In this document: piece by piece, positions 11,720 through 26,983 of the stretch | Numbering within the stretch: position 1 is the stretch's first letter | Layout: the number at the start of each line of letters is the position of its first letter | Assembly (NCBI GenBank): GCA_009602725.1 | Contig: WELB01000002.1 | Location: 948,218-1,012,101 of the forward strand | Direction: 5' to 3' | Length of the DNA stretch: 63,884 bases | Origin: Spirogloea muscicola | Taxonomy: Eukaryota | Notes under the pieces: generated by a model | The model's database searches: none | What the model was told of the DNA's origin: nothing | What the model saw: the letters and a program-made list of their open reading frames with translations, nothing else | Program-made: the position numbers and the translations under genes

Positions 11720-14700
11720 ATGGCGTCCCGCGGCGACAAGGACAAGGGCGTCAACGTGCAGGTCCTCGTGCGGTGCAGGTGAGGCTTCTGCGGGAAGTAT
11801 CGCGGCCCGCGCGCCGTCGGAGGAGAGCGACGGGAGTGCAGATGCTGACGCGCGCGCCGCCGTGCTTCGCACCGCACTGTTCCCCATGCCAGGCCGTCGA
11901 GCACCGAGGAGGTGCGGCAGAACGTGGTCCCCGTCATCCACTGCAACGAGGCGCGGAAGGAGGTCTCGACGGTCCAGACAGTGGCCGGTCGGCAGTACGA
12001 CAGGGTCTTCACCTTCGACAAGGTCACTGCCTGCCCGGCTGCCTGAGCACTACTAGCAACAGCAAAGTTGGGGACGTCGTGGAAGGGCATGCTCGGTGAC
12101 AAATGTGGCCTGTGAGAGTCCTCAGCAGACCCTGCCGCCCTGATGCAGGTCTTTGGGCCTGAGTCGAGACAGAAGGATCTGTACGACCAGTCTGTGGTCC
12201 CCATTGTCAACGAGGTGCTCGAAGGCTTTAACTGCACCATCTTCGCATACGGGCAGACGGGCACCGGCAAGACCTACACGATGGAGGGTTCTGGTGAGAG
12301 AAGCAAGGTATGATGGGTAACGGAATGCTATTTGTGGACTGTTCTGTCCTTGCCTTCTCGCTTAAGTATGTCTTGGCTGAAGGTGTGTGTGCCGGACAGT
12401 GTATTTCTGTGGAGAACCTCACTCAAGTGGGTTGCTATTACAATTACGAGCTAATGAGCGACACGCCCGACCTAAAGACTGGCGGATATGGATCCTGCGT
12501 GCGTGAGCAGGACGGTGAGCTTCCTGCAGAAGCTGGAGTCATACCTAGGGCTGTGCAGCAGATTTTCGACACCCTCGAAAAGCAACAGGATGAGTACAGT
12601 GTGAAAGTCACATTCTTGGAGCTGTACAACGAGGAACTGACCGACCTTCTGGCTGCTGACGACCTACTGAAAGCGCTAAGTGTCGAGGAGAAGCAGCAGC
12701 GTAAGGCGCTGGCCTTGATGGAGGATGGCAAAGGTGGAGTGCTAGTCAAGGGGCTGGAAGAGGAGCTTGTGAAAACAGCATCTGAAATCTACAGCTTGCT
12801 TGAGCGAGGCTCCGCTAAGCGCCGAACTGCTGAAACCCTGCTTAACAAGCAATCCAGGTACGTGACACAAGATATGTGTATCTTCTCCAACTCTAGACTA
12901 ACCTAGCCTTGTCAGCACATACACTGTGGCTGACAGAAGCTGCACCTGCCTTATGTGCAGTCGCTCCCACTCTATCTTTACGATCACCATCCACATCAAG
13001 GAATCAACCCCAGAAGGAGAGGAGCTCATCAAATGTGGAAAATTGAACCTGGTGGACCTTGCTGGTTCTGAGAACATCTCACGGTCCGGTGCCAGAGACG
13101 TGCGTACAAACAAGCCATCACAGCTGTCACCGCAGCTATGAGCAAGGCCAATGTTGATCTGCACAGAAACCCACTGTCTTTGTAGGTCTGTGACTAGCAA
13201 ATTCAATCTGTGGGTATTGATTTGCAGAGTCGTGCCCGTGAAGCTGGGGAGATCAACAAGAGCCTGCTTACACTTGGCCGTGTGATCACCGCATTAGTGG
13301 AACACATGGGGCATGTGCCATACAGGTCAGCAACTGGTCACTCAAAACCTTGCTTCGATTAATGCAAGCCGCTACTTTGCAGTTGTTCAATTGTCATGAT
13401 GCAGGCCTCCAAGAAGACGTCAGATTGCACAGATGTCCAGTAGCAGAGGAGCTGAAGTTCCTGATAATTGCGGTGCAGCTCCCCTGTCCGCTGGCTTGTC
13501 ATTCTTATATGCACATATAAGAATGACAACGGATGTCCCGAAAGAACTAAGATCTCACGTTTTTGGAGCTTGCATGCAACAGGGATAGTAAGCTCACACG
13601 GCTTCTGCGAGATTCACTGGGTGGTCGTACCAAGACGTGCGTGATTGCAACAGTCTCTCCCTCAGTCCATTCACTGGAAGAGACCCTCAGCACTCTTGAC
13701 TACGCTCATCGAGCAAAGAGCATCAAAAACAAACCAGAGGTCAGGCTACTCCGCGAAGACTACTCGATTCATGTGCGCTGACTTTGCCCCTGCCATTGCC
13801 CTGTCATTGATCACTCATCAGCAAGAGATTCTGGTTTGTCCTTGTGCAGGTCAATCAGAAAATGACCAAGACTGCTCTCATCAAAGATTTGCACGGGGAT
13901 ATTGAGCGACTAAAGTTAGGTGAGAAATTAGGCACTAGAGGCTGCCACTTTTCCCACTGACCTAGACATGGCCGTTCTTTCATTCAAGGCCAACATATCT
14001 CACCTGATACACATATCTGTGTAGAGCTTCAAGCTGCTCGTGATAAAAACGGGATATACATTCCATGCGAGCGTTATTACCAGGATCAGACAGACCGGAA
14101 GGTGAGCTAGCAGACCCCTGACACAATGAGAACGAGGTTGCACTCATATGGTTGTCAAGCTGAGACGACATCAACCAAGGCCTTCTATGGCCATCATCAA
14201 GGCCTTTGATGGCCATCATCTCGTAATAGGCCCCTTTAAGTTACATCGACATTCGTCATCGCAGGCCATGATTTCGCACATTGAGCACCTGGAAGGGGAA
14301 CTAGAAATAAACACCAGGGTAAGTAGAATCACTTGATGCTTTTCATCAGTGGCGCTCAGAAGGGCAGTGGCGCTTGGAAGTGCATAGTACACGTGGCTGC
14401 AATATGAATCAGCTAATCTATGTGCTTGCGCGAGCAGGAATTAGTCGAAACACGAACGCTTGTCAGCAATCAGGGCCAGGAGCTTGAGGACCTGGGTTCA
14501 AGTCTGGAGGACTTTCAGGTGCATGTCACTGCTTGAAGGCAGCAGCATTCTGCAGATCAGGTCCACAAGTCGATTGTCCCCATTGGGCCCAACGTGCTCG
14601 AGGGTAGGAAGACGTGCTCTACTTGTTGCATGACGTTCGAGGCATTGTGTGCAAGTGCAGGCTCGCTTGGCACAGCGAGAGAAGGATCTCGCTGAGAGAA

Positions 14701-17700
14701 GTGATGAGCTCATGGTTGCTCAATATGCCATCAAGGAGCGCGAGTATGCCCTTGAACAACAGAAGCTGGCAGGTGAATGCCAAGATTGTCACTGCATATG
14801 CTCATCCTCTTGCTGCACTTCCTAGCTCTGCGCTTTCATGTACCTAACTGATGCAGGCGAGCCTGGCTGACTGCGCAGAAGGGGCACTGGTACAATGTGC
14901 TAATGACTTGCGAGTGGAGCTGAAGAATGCAGCACAAGATATAGCTGGGCTGTTTGCCAAGCTGGGTAAGCTGATTGTAGGAACTGACCTACATTGACTA
15001 GCTAATTATGCCCAAAGTATTTCAATGATGAAGATGACATTAACGATTGGATACATTGTCCCGGCTGCTCAGAGCGCAAGGAGCAGGTTGAGGCTGCAAA
15101 CAAGAAGGCCAGCAGTCTTCTGCAGTCTTCCATTGGGGACCAGATTGGACAGATACAAACTCTTGTGGAAGTTGCAGTTGCTCAGCAGCAGCAGCATTTC
15201 AACGTTGTTGATGCGAATCTGCAAGGGTTGCTCATGCGAAAGCTCAAGGTACCATGCCCCCTTTGTCTCAAGTTCGACATTATGATGGCAGAAACTCTTC
15301 TGGTGATCCGTTCTTTCCATGAGCAAGGCTTGCTGAGAATCATTCTCGAGCATTGTGCAGGAGGCTGACGTTCTAGAAGCACATGCCACTGGCCTAAGGA
15401 CGCTCCTCGGTCGACATCTTGGTGATCAAGCAACAATAGCCAAGACATACACCACAGCAGTTTCTGGCACCCTTGAAGGCCTTGCAACGTTGCAAGAGAG
15501 CCACGCAGTCACTTTCAACAAAGTGTGTGGTGCTTGTTGACTCCAATATTCTCACCTGAATACGCTGAACAAGTGCATGTTTCTCAAAAGGAGTAGGCCT
15601 TACAATGTTCCTTTTGAGATCTGAGTGTTGGTCGTTACAATGTTGCAGGCGATTGAATCTGCTGTTGTTGAGGGCCAGCAAAGGTCTCACAAGTCACATG
15701 AACAGCTGCTCAATCTCCAGACTGAGCTAGAAGCATTTGCAGAGCAGCAGCATGAGGTAACATGACTCCCACTTCGCCAGACAACTGATCTCTGGAGAGT
15801 TGCTCTAGAAGTGAATGCTAGATCTTGAGCTTGATGCTTGATGGGTTTTATGCTCGACTGTGTGGATGCTTATCCAGCACAGCATACATTCATCTTCTCA
15901 TGGTGCAGATCATCAAGGCAGGTCGGCTTGCTGCACTCGAAGTGGCCAAAGACACACAGATGGCTTTGGAAAAGCTTCGGGACACTGCAAGTGAATGCAC
16001 GGCACACCTGCTGACGAGCTCTACTGATCAGGACAAGCAGCTCGCAGATTTCTGCATTCGATACCAGGTTGACACTCTTGTCGAGCACCTTCACTGGCAC
16101 TTTGTTAGGCCTTGAATGTAGATGACATTTATCCAAAATTGCTCTGATCATCTCCAACGCTTGTCTGGGGCAGGATGCTTCTTGTAATGACGAGCAAACG
16201 CTGCTGACAGCAGTATCTCATCTCGTGTCTTCAGCCTTTACTCGCAAGCGAAAACTGGTATGCTGATTCCTTCAGAAAGAGCTTGTGGTCGAAAGCCAGA
16301 CAAATGTGCTTGGTCTCACCAGTGCAGCAGCTTGTACTTTTGAGAAGATAGTCAGGCAGATGCACACGGTAAGGGAGGCCCTTACATTCAGATCAATGTC
16401 TTGTCAGGTTGAAGACCAGGTTGAAGACTTGAGGCAATCCTCAAAACGGAACACTGAAGAACTCGGAGCTAAAGTAGGAGCAATAGGAGAGTCAGCACAA
16501 TGTGCTCATTCCCACATGGACGCTTGGACAGCTGATGCAGAGCAGACTGCAGAGAGGGCATTGACTGCAGTCTCCACAAGGCATGAGCAATCAAGGGAGA
16601 GGCTAGAAGAATGGTAAGGAATGATGATATCTGGATTGCGTCCGCTATGCGCAACTTCTGTACATCTTCTGTGAAACTCGATAGTCAAGCTTAATGGCAA
16701 GCGGCTTGCTTGCTTACTTCCTGCAAGAATACCTGACAAAATGTACTGTCATTCTGCAGCACAAGAAGTTGTTTGGCAGCAACAGATGACTGGCAGAGGA
16801 TGCAGTCAGATCTCCTTGATCAAAGTGCAACGTTCAGCAGCAAGCTTCACCTCTGCATCAGGTATGCGCGAGATGAGGATGCTTGTATACTTCAACAAGG
16901 ATCTTTGTGCAGTTATGCTAGAGAGTCTTGACTTGCAGATGGTCAAGCCTCTCCAAGCGCTGGGTTGTGCAGAGACGAAGAAGAAGCTGCAGTGCAGTAT
17001 GCATCAGAGGTGGACATGAAGACAGCCGCGACTCAGGCAAAGGCCTCCGAAGAGCACACGCACTTTGTTGCGGCCCTCTCAAGTAAGTCATGAGACACTG
17101 GTGTTTCATTGAGCTACCATCAAGCAAATCAGGTAAACCCTTGACTCTGATGTAACATTGTCATAACACGCTAGTATGGGACCATCTGCAGGTGCCAGAG
17201 GAAAAGACCATGATGAGGTGACGGACATCCGCACAGCAGTTGCAAGCTGTGGATCAACCGCCAGCGAGTTCAGTTGCACACAAGTTGAGAGGCTTGGGTG
17301 CATCTCACACCGGATGGAAGTTTACGTTCTGAAAGGAATACAGGTGGTTCAAAATGGACAAGCTTTTCCCTGTGGCTTGAGAAGCAGATGTCACTGAACA
17401 TAGGTTGAGCATTGAAGTCTCCGTGTACCAAAGATGCTTTATTGATGTGCAAGCAGACTTGCATACTCATGAAGGACTTACACAGCCTATTGATCATGCA
17501 TTCAGCTTCTTGACGTTCATGCTTGCATGTTTGTCTATGACACAGGAGGACAACTCGTTGGCCACCACTCCTCACAAGCGGCCCATAGATGTCCCAGACG
17601 AAGGTGCCATTTTAAAGCTGAAAGCTCCTAGCCTGTGCAGCATGGCCCTTGAGTTTGGTGAATTGCAGAAAACTCAACACTTGCCCAAGGCTGGCGAGGC

Positions 17701-17758
17701 TGATGAAAATCAGCCACCCAAGGAGCAAGACTATGGGCATGCACTAGCAATTTGCTAG
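11720..17758 (+). CDS. KIN5: Kinesin-5 (BimC/KRP125 family) motor, about 20+ exons
   Basis: [42 protein letters not shown] (P-loop), [56 protein letters not shown], coiled-coil stalk, BimC-box-like [11 protein letters not shown]. Confidence 0.96.
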
Positions 17759-18788
17759 GTAGAACTTACTTAGAGCTCCAGCTCGGCGCGCCGCCGCCTG
17801 CACATCAGCACAGCCGAGACAATTGGTCTTGGGAGGGGCACTGTCACATTCTATTCGGTGTTGGATCGTAAGTTATTAATATGAAGTATCCTGATCAACA
17901 GTGTGACTTCTACCCCAGTGTTTCAGCAGTTCGCAGTAATGCTCACAGCATTCACATAGATAGTGGGGCAGATGTAGGAAGCCCTCCTTCACTAGGTCCT
18001 TGCCAAGTCAAACTCAGTAGCATCAACAGTAGAGTAGGCCTGATTAGGAGGACCTAGTGAAGAATCAAATTTGTCCAGTGATGAGGTGCAATAGTGAAAT
18101 TCTCTAAACAGTGGCCGGTGATTACAAGTATTCAGGCTGAGTCTCTGTGTAACAGCATAACTTATAAATACTTCTGTAAGTATGCCTTCTCAAGGCTATT
18201 GAACGCCTTACATTGTCTTGAGACCCTGGTCAGGCCTGCATCGCATCTCTGATTATGCCCACAAAAGCGGCAGGTGACTGGCCAAGCAACGCACCGAGTG
18301 ACATGTGCCCATTGTGCAAGCCATACATGACATTGCCTGTCTGGGACGTGCTTAGGTGAAGAAGCAATGCGACCTCCATATAAAGCTGGGCAGAGCTACA
18401 TTTGGGCAGGCAGGGCACTTGAGTTGGAATGTGCTGCGCAGTCCATGGCAAGGAGGCCATTTCAATATGACTAAGACTTGGACAACCTCGCGCTTTTGTC
18501 CAGAGCAGTCTGAGATCGGCCATCTGCAAGTGAAAGGCCACTTGGCACCTCCTCGGAGACCAAAGTGCCAGGGGCCCGAGTAAAACGCGCCTGAAAGACA
18601 CGGAGAGCCATAAGTGTTCAGCATTGGGTGCAGTTACGAGAGGTCCATAGATGGCAACCTTTGCGATGACAACTAACAGCCTGACCCTTGGTCTGTCATG
18701 GTCTGTGGAGAGCCTAAGCAGTCACAAAGAGGATCACAAGCATGTGCACCTGTATAGTGACAGCCTTGTGCCCAGAAGCCAAGAGCCC

Positions 18789-19988
18789 CTAGTCATTGGC
18801 CTCGTCCTCCACAGCAGCTGCTTGATTACTTATTGATACCGTTGTGGTGACTGAGCCCTCCCCTTTCCTGGCCTCCACAATGGCAGCTCTCCGAGCCGAG
18901 CTCCTCTCTGCCAGGAGCAGCTGCAGAGACAGCCCGAGGGAGAAGAGCAGAGCTGTGGCAGTGTAGGTCAAGAATCCCTGCAACCGCCAGAGGAGCTCAG
19001 GCATCAGAAGTGGCTTCTTGCCCATCTGCATCAAGCAGCTCAGAGGCAGTGGTCTGTAAATAGCTCTCGTCTCCCCGAGGCACTGTGCTGCTGCTAAGGT
19101 TCTTTGATGGCGCAGAAGGGGCCGCGACAGAAGGAGGCCTGGTCTTGCTGGCCAACATCTGCTGTACTTTACAGACTACAGCCACTTACCTTGTGGCGCT
19201 TGTGGCCGGGGTCCCAAAATTTGAGTGCAGCAAGGACGGTGACGATGGCGAGCAGGGGCAGCAGCTTGCCCGCCTGCACTGTGAGCCCAAACCAGGCAGC
19301 CGTGGACCAGGTCAGGCGGGTCAGCCCGACGACAACCATCTGATCACGTCATTCCGTTGCGAAGAGCTCGCAGTTGGCATGGAGGCGGTCGTGAACACTG
19401 CGTGCGAAGCGAGGGGCGGAGGCCAAGACCGCTCGGTGGAGGGTGGCGAGCCGCCTGCGGAGCTTGGCGTAGGGCTTGGGCAGGCCGAAGTAGAGGAGCA
19501 GGCCGGCGAAGCTGAGCAGCTGGGTAGCCGCGAGGGTCGCGACGCCCAGCCAGGCGTGCGTCGTGGTAAAGTGGGCCTTGTCGGCGCGCCGCCGCGATGC
19601 GAAGATGGCGGCGAAGCCCAGCATTGCCAGTACCAGCGCGCCCAGCTGCAGGCGGAGGTGCCGCCGCAGCGCCCGGCCGCGCTGCTTCGCCTGGTGGTCA
19701 CCAGGCCTTAGTGGGCGTCAGTGGGTGCCGCCTCATTGCGAGGCTCCATGGGATGGAGTGTGCATTGAGTGATGGAGGGCCAGAGTGGCAACGTACAAAG
19801 ATGAGCCCATTGGGCAGACGTACATGCAGGGGCTGTGCGGCGCACACCTTGCCGGCGGCGGCGCTGGCGGCGAGGACGCCCTCGGGCAGGAGGAGGAGGA
19901 AGGCAGCGGCCATGGCGGCGACGTGGGCGGCGAAGAGGCTGCCGGCGCCCCAGAAGCCCGCCGCGACGGCCGCCGTCGCCGCCGCCGC

Positions 19989-19989
<1 letters not shown>
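18789..19989 (-). CDS. Cytochrome b561-domain membrane protein; 5' end lost in the poly-A run/gap
   Basis: ..SLFAAHVAAMAAAFLLLLPEGVL..GK|AKQRGRALRRHLRLQLGALVLAMLGFAAIFASRRRADKAHFTTTHAWLG..LATLHRA|AGKLLP..|GFLTYTATALLFSLGLSL..*. Has the four-His pattern and HFxxxHxWLG motif of b561 domains. Confidence 0.8.
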
Positions 19990-20056
<67 letters not shown>

Positions 20057-20303
20057 NNNNNNNNNNNNNNNNNNNNNNNNNNNNNNNNNNNNNNNNNNNN
20101 NNNNNNNNNNNNNNNNNNNNNNNNNNNNNNNNNNNACAGATAGAGCCATGCAAGTGGGCGCAGCGAACGGGGACGTCCTCCTCCCGTCGCTTCCAGCCGT
20201 GGCAACGGCAGCCGGCACCTACTACCCTTGACCGCCAGCGGAAAGCAAGGCCGCCGTCCCGCCCCCCGCCCCCCCCCCGCCGCCTGCCGCCGCCGCCGCT
20301 GCC

Positions 20304-23300
20304 ATGTTGGACCACTTCGCGATCTTCACCAAGGGCGGGCTCATCCTCTGGACCTTCCAGCTCGCGGCGCTCAAGGGCAGCCCCGTGGAGGCGCTGGTGC
20401 GCGGCGCGCTGCTCGAGGAGCGCAGCGGCGGCGCCGGCGGCGGCGGCTTCCAGCACGGCGCGTACGCGCTCAAGTGGGCGTTCCACAACGACCTGGGCCT
20501 CGTCTTCGTCGCCGTCTACCAGAAGCTGCTGCAGCTGCTGTACGTCGACGACCTGCTGGCGGCGGCGCGCTCCGAGTTCGGCGCCCTCTACTCGCCGCGC
20601 CGCCGCGCCTACCCCGACTTCGACGACACCTTCCGCCAGCTCCTGGCGGCGGCCGAGGCGCGCGCGCAGGAGCTGCGCCGCCCGCGGGCCGTCGCCAGCG
20701 CCGAGCAGGCCCGGCGCGGCGGCGGCGGCGCCAGGGTCAGCGCCCGGCTGGCTGCTGCTTCTCCGGGCGCCAAGGCTGCCGTCAAGGATGCGGATGGCAG
20801 CGAGGACGACGGCACGGCGGACGACAAGGACGGCGGCGGCGGCGGCGCGGCCGACAAGACGAGCGGCAGCGAGGCCGAGGACTCGGCTGTGGCGCCGTCT
20901 CCCGCCAAGGGCCGCGGCTCCGCGTTTGACATCTCACGCCTCCGCCAGCGCAAGGGAGGCAAGGCCGGCGCAGCCGCTCCCGGCAAGGCCGGCGGCGGCG
21001 GCGGCGGTCTTCCCAGCACGGGTAGCAGCGACAAGCTTGAGGACGGCGGTGCTGGCGCTGGCGGCAAGAAGAAGGGCAAGCAGATGCGCGTGTGGGACGA
21101 CGCGCCGTCCACCGGCAAGCAGGACTTCTCGGACCCCACCCAGACAGAGGAGCCGGTGGAGGTCGTGGACGTGGCCTGCGCCCAGAAGTCCCGCATGGAC
21201 GACGTGGATGGCCAGGCCGACGACGAGGATGATGAAGACGAGGACGAGGGTGACGACCAGGATGGTGTGGAAGCCGGCCTCGCTCCGGCGGCCCACCGCA
21301 GAGGCGCCCTGCAGAACGGCTCTGCGGCACCTGTGAAGAAGGGCTGGCTGTCGTCAATCTTCGGGAGGTGAGCGCTCGCCGCCCTCCTTCCTCCCCCTCT
21401 CTTGCTGTGCGCACTTATTTGATCAAAGAGTAAAGCAGACTGTTAGTTGCTTCAATAAGAGTCATTTAGTAGCTCTAGAGTTCATGGCACTTGGGAAACA
21501 GAAGGCCAATTGTAAAGGCAATTCGGCTTGTTTGTCTCATACAAGCCTTCTCAAAGAGTGACTTGTTGTCCTGTGGCTGTGCTGCTGCTCCTCAGCATCG
21601 CCGGCAAGTCTGCCCTGGAGAAGGAGGATGTGGCAAGCTCCTTGAAAGCTCTCAAGGAGCGCCTGATGTCCAAGAATGTGGTATGGCACATGTGGTCAGA
21701 TTTCTCATTTGTGTCATATTAATAAGCCGTCGGCAAGAATCACACAGAATGAGCATGCTGGCATTTGCCCAAGTCGAATATGGACCTGGGCTCACAGTCT
21801 TTGTTGCCAAGCATGGATGCACTCTCATCCTCCCTTCTGCTTTTCCATACAAACAGGCCGAGGAGATTGCGGAGAAGTTGTGTGAGTCCGTGGCCGCCAG
21901 CCTGCTTGGACGGAAGCATGCATCTTTCACCCGCCTCTCATCTACCGTGCGAGTAAGCTAGTCCTTTCTGCTCTAGAAGGGCATACCTGATGCCGGTTGC
22001 AGATCTCCATGTGGCCAACCCGATGCTTACTTGTTCTTTTGGGCGGTCTTATTCATGCAGGCGGCCATGGAGGAGGCCCTCCAGCGCATCCTGATGCCCA
22101 AGAGGTCCATCGACATCCTCCGAGACGTACACGCCGCCAAGGAGCAGGGCCGCCCTTATGTGATTGTCTTCATTGGAGTCAACGGTGTTGGCAAGTCCAC
22201 CAATCTTTCCAAGGTCCGCGGTCTGCCCTATGACCTCTTGTTTTCTTCTGGCTGATCACGTAGCTAGCTTCTGTCATGAGGGCATCTTCGGCCACCTTGG
22301 GCTCGTCTGCCATGCTTTACACTGGCTTTGATAACTCCTTGACGGATTCTGCTAGCCTGGTGTTGCAGTGCTATCCAGCTTGCAGCGACTAAACTGCGGC
22401 ACTATCCGCATGTGGCCTGGACAGGTTGCGTATTGGCTGCTGCAGCACGATGTGAAGGTCATGCTGGCAGCTTGCGACACCTTCCGTGCTGGCGCCGTGG
22501 AGCAGCTGCGCACGCATGCTCGACGTCTCCAGGTCTTTCCTTCTCCTTTGTCAGACCAGTGGCTGCATTCTGTGCTTTTTGCTGCAATTTCTTACCGAAT
22601 TCAGATATAAGCCACTACTTCCGCAACATACAGTGGAAGAATCGATGACGCAGGTGTTGGTTCACCAAGTTCTGGTCCTTGTTGGCTGGGCGCCTTCCCA
22701 CAGATGCAGATCGTTTCCATATGTCATATGTCGTTGAGTGACCAATGTTTGCTGAGATGCCAGAGAACTTGCTTGCATCCGTGCTGGTCAACAGGTGCCA
22801 CTTTTTGAGAAGGGATACGAGAAGGACCCTGCTTCCGTTGCTAAGGATGCTATCCGCGAGGCAGCCCGTATCCATGCGGACGTAGTACTTGTTGACACAG
22901 CTGGACGCATGCAGGTTGTGATAACTCACCACCTCCATTGAAGTGCAGTCACTGGCTATCCTTCACCATGCTTTACAGCAGCCAGTCATTTTCTCCAACA
23001 GAATGATGCATATTGTTGAAAGGTGTCAGCCTCCGTGAGATGTTCTGCTTGGATTGATACTGCTGTGGCCCTTTTGCTTCTATGATGACTTTACAGGACA
23101 ATGAGCCTCTCATGCGCGCCCTGTCGAAGCTCATCAACCTCAATGAGCCAGATTTGGTCAGGCCTTCAATCCTGACTGTCCTTTGAACTCGTAGCTCTGG
23201 GTGTAGGGTTCTTACTTTTGCTTTGATCTTTTGGGGAATGCCTTGAATATAATGTAGATCCAGCTGCATTCGCCACATTGATGGACGTCTGCTGGAGAAA

Positions 23301-23908
23301 GTACTAACATCGGCTGGGTGTCTCGTGAGACTGTATGAGGCAGGTGCTTTTTGTTGGGGAAGCTTTGGTGGGCAATGACGCAGTGGACCAGCTCTCAAAA
23401 TTCAATCAGGTCTGTGACATGGCAAGATTGAGATTCCTGCCGGGTGCTGGCAGCTTGTCTATGCAAGTTCACATCTGACACACCACTTCTACCTAGCATT
23501 GCAGAGGCTGGCGGACTTGTCAACAACGGTCGTGCCGCGGCATATTGATGGAATCCTTCTTACCAAATTTGACACCATAGATGACAAGGTAAATCCTGTG
23601 GGCTGGCTATTATATCTAGAGGGCCAGAAGCTTGCAGATGACATTCTTGCATTTGCCTTTCTGCTCAAGCGTCACAGCATTCGACTCTTCAGCCGCATTG
23701 CAATCATAATATATGTCTCTTACTGGAGAAGCCAATTGACACCACAGTGCGCCTGATTGCTGGGTTTGTTTGGTGCTTGCAGGTCGGCGCAGCACTGTCA
23801 ATGGTGTACACAGCTGGTGTTCCGATCATGTTTGTGGGCTGCGGACAGACCTATACTGATCTCAAGAAGCTGAATGTGCGGGAAGTAATTCGCGCACTGC
23901 TCCAGTAG
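20304..23908 (+). CDS. SRPRA: Signal recognition particle receptor subunit alpha
   Basis: Longin N-terminus [40 protein letters not shown]; GTPase motifs [55 protein letters not shown]. Confidence 0.97.
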
Positions 23909-24233
23909 GGCCAGTCATACTCGTGTAAGGGAAATTCGCCTTCGGGTGGGCGTTTTGAGAATCCTTGCCAGCTGTCTACAGTCTGGCCCTTTGGCAGACT
24001 GTTTGCGCAAGGACAAAATTTGTTACTGTGCTACTGGTTATTGGTTCGCACTGAAGCTGATCCTATTGGAGAAGCCCTGGCCAATGTGCACTGAGGAAAT
24101 GATGCAAGAAGCCCGTGCCTGCTGCAGCGTGCTGCATCACAGTGTGTGACTTCTGTGCTCCTCCAGGACTCTGTATTGGGGGACTTGTACTCTGCCAAGG
24201 TACTCCAGTATGCCTGTTGCTACATGCAGGGTA

Positions 24234-26159
<1,926 letters not shown>

Positions 26160-26983
26160 NNNNNNNNNNNNNNNNNNNNNNNNNNNNNNNNNNNNNNNNN
26201 NNNNNNNNNNNNNNNNNNNNNNNNNNNNNNNNNNNNNNNNNNNNNNNNNNNNNNNNNNNNNNNNNNNNNNNNNNNNNNNNNNNNNNNNNNNNNNNNNNNN
26301 NNNNNNNNNNNNNNNNNNNNNNNNNNNNNNNNNNNNNNNNNNNNNNNNNNNNNNNNNNNNNNNNNNNNNNNNNNNNNNNNNNNNNNNNNNNNNNNNNNNN
26401 NNNNNNNNNNNNNNNNNNNNNNNNNNNNNNNNNNNNNNNNNNNNNNNNNNNNNNNNNNNNNNNNNNNNNNNNNNNNNNNNNNNNNNNNNNNNNNNNNNNN
26501 NNNNNNNNNNNNNNNNNNNNNNNNNNNNNNNNNNNNNNNNNNNNNNNNNNNNNNNNNNNNNNNNNNNNNNNNNNNNNNNNNNNNNNNNNNNNNNNNNNNN
26601 NNNNNNNNNNNNNNNNNNNNNNNNNNNNNNNNNNNNNNNNNNNNNNNNNNNNNNNNNNNNNNNNNNNNNNNNNNNNNNNNNNNNNNNNNNNNNNNNNNNN
26701 NNNNNNNNNNNNNNNNNNNNNNNNNNNNNNNNNNNNNNNNNNNNNNNNNNNNNNNNNNNNNNNNNNNNNNNNNNNNNNNNNNNNNNNNNNNNNNNNNNNN
26801 NNNNNNNNNNNNNNNNNNNNNNNNNNNNNNNNNNNNNNNNNNNNNNNNNNNNNNNNNNCCCCTCGCCCCCCCTCCCTCCTCCCTCCCTCCCTCCCGCCCT
26901 CGCCTGCGCACACGGGCTCCTTCTGCATGCATCGTATGCTCGCGCCATTTCAATGCACTCTTGCTATTCACAAGTGAGGGCAG

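Noticed and set aside
10542..12270. Long ORFs in the track spanning gaps or GC-rich antisense frames
   Set aside because: Their length comes from N runs or stop-poor GC repeats opposite real exons.
16621..16736. ATGATGA..CTGA in a kinesin intron as a C/D snoRNA
   Set aside because: The CTGA is the likely branch point (CTGAC), and there is no terminal stem or recognisable guide.
19990..20056. A67 run (and T121 at 26039-26159) as retroposed poly-A tails or polyK/polyF coding
   Set aside because: Both abut N gaps and cut off intact reading frames at GC-rich 5' ends, so they are most likely sequencing or gap-fill artefacts.
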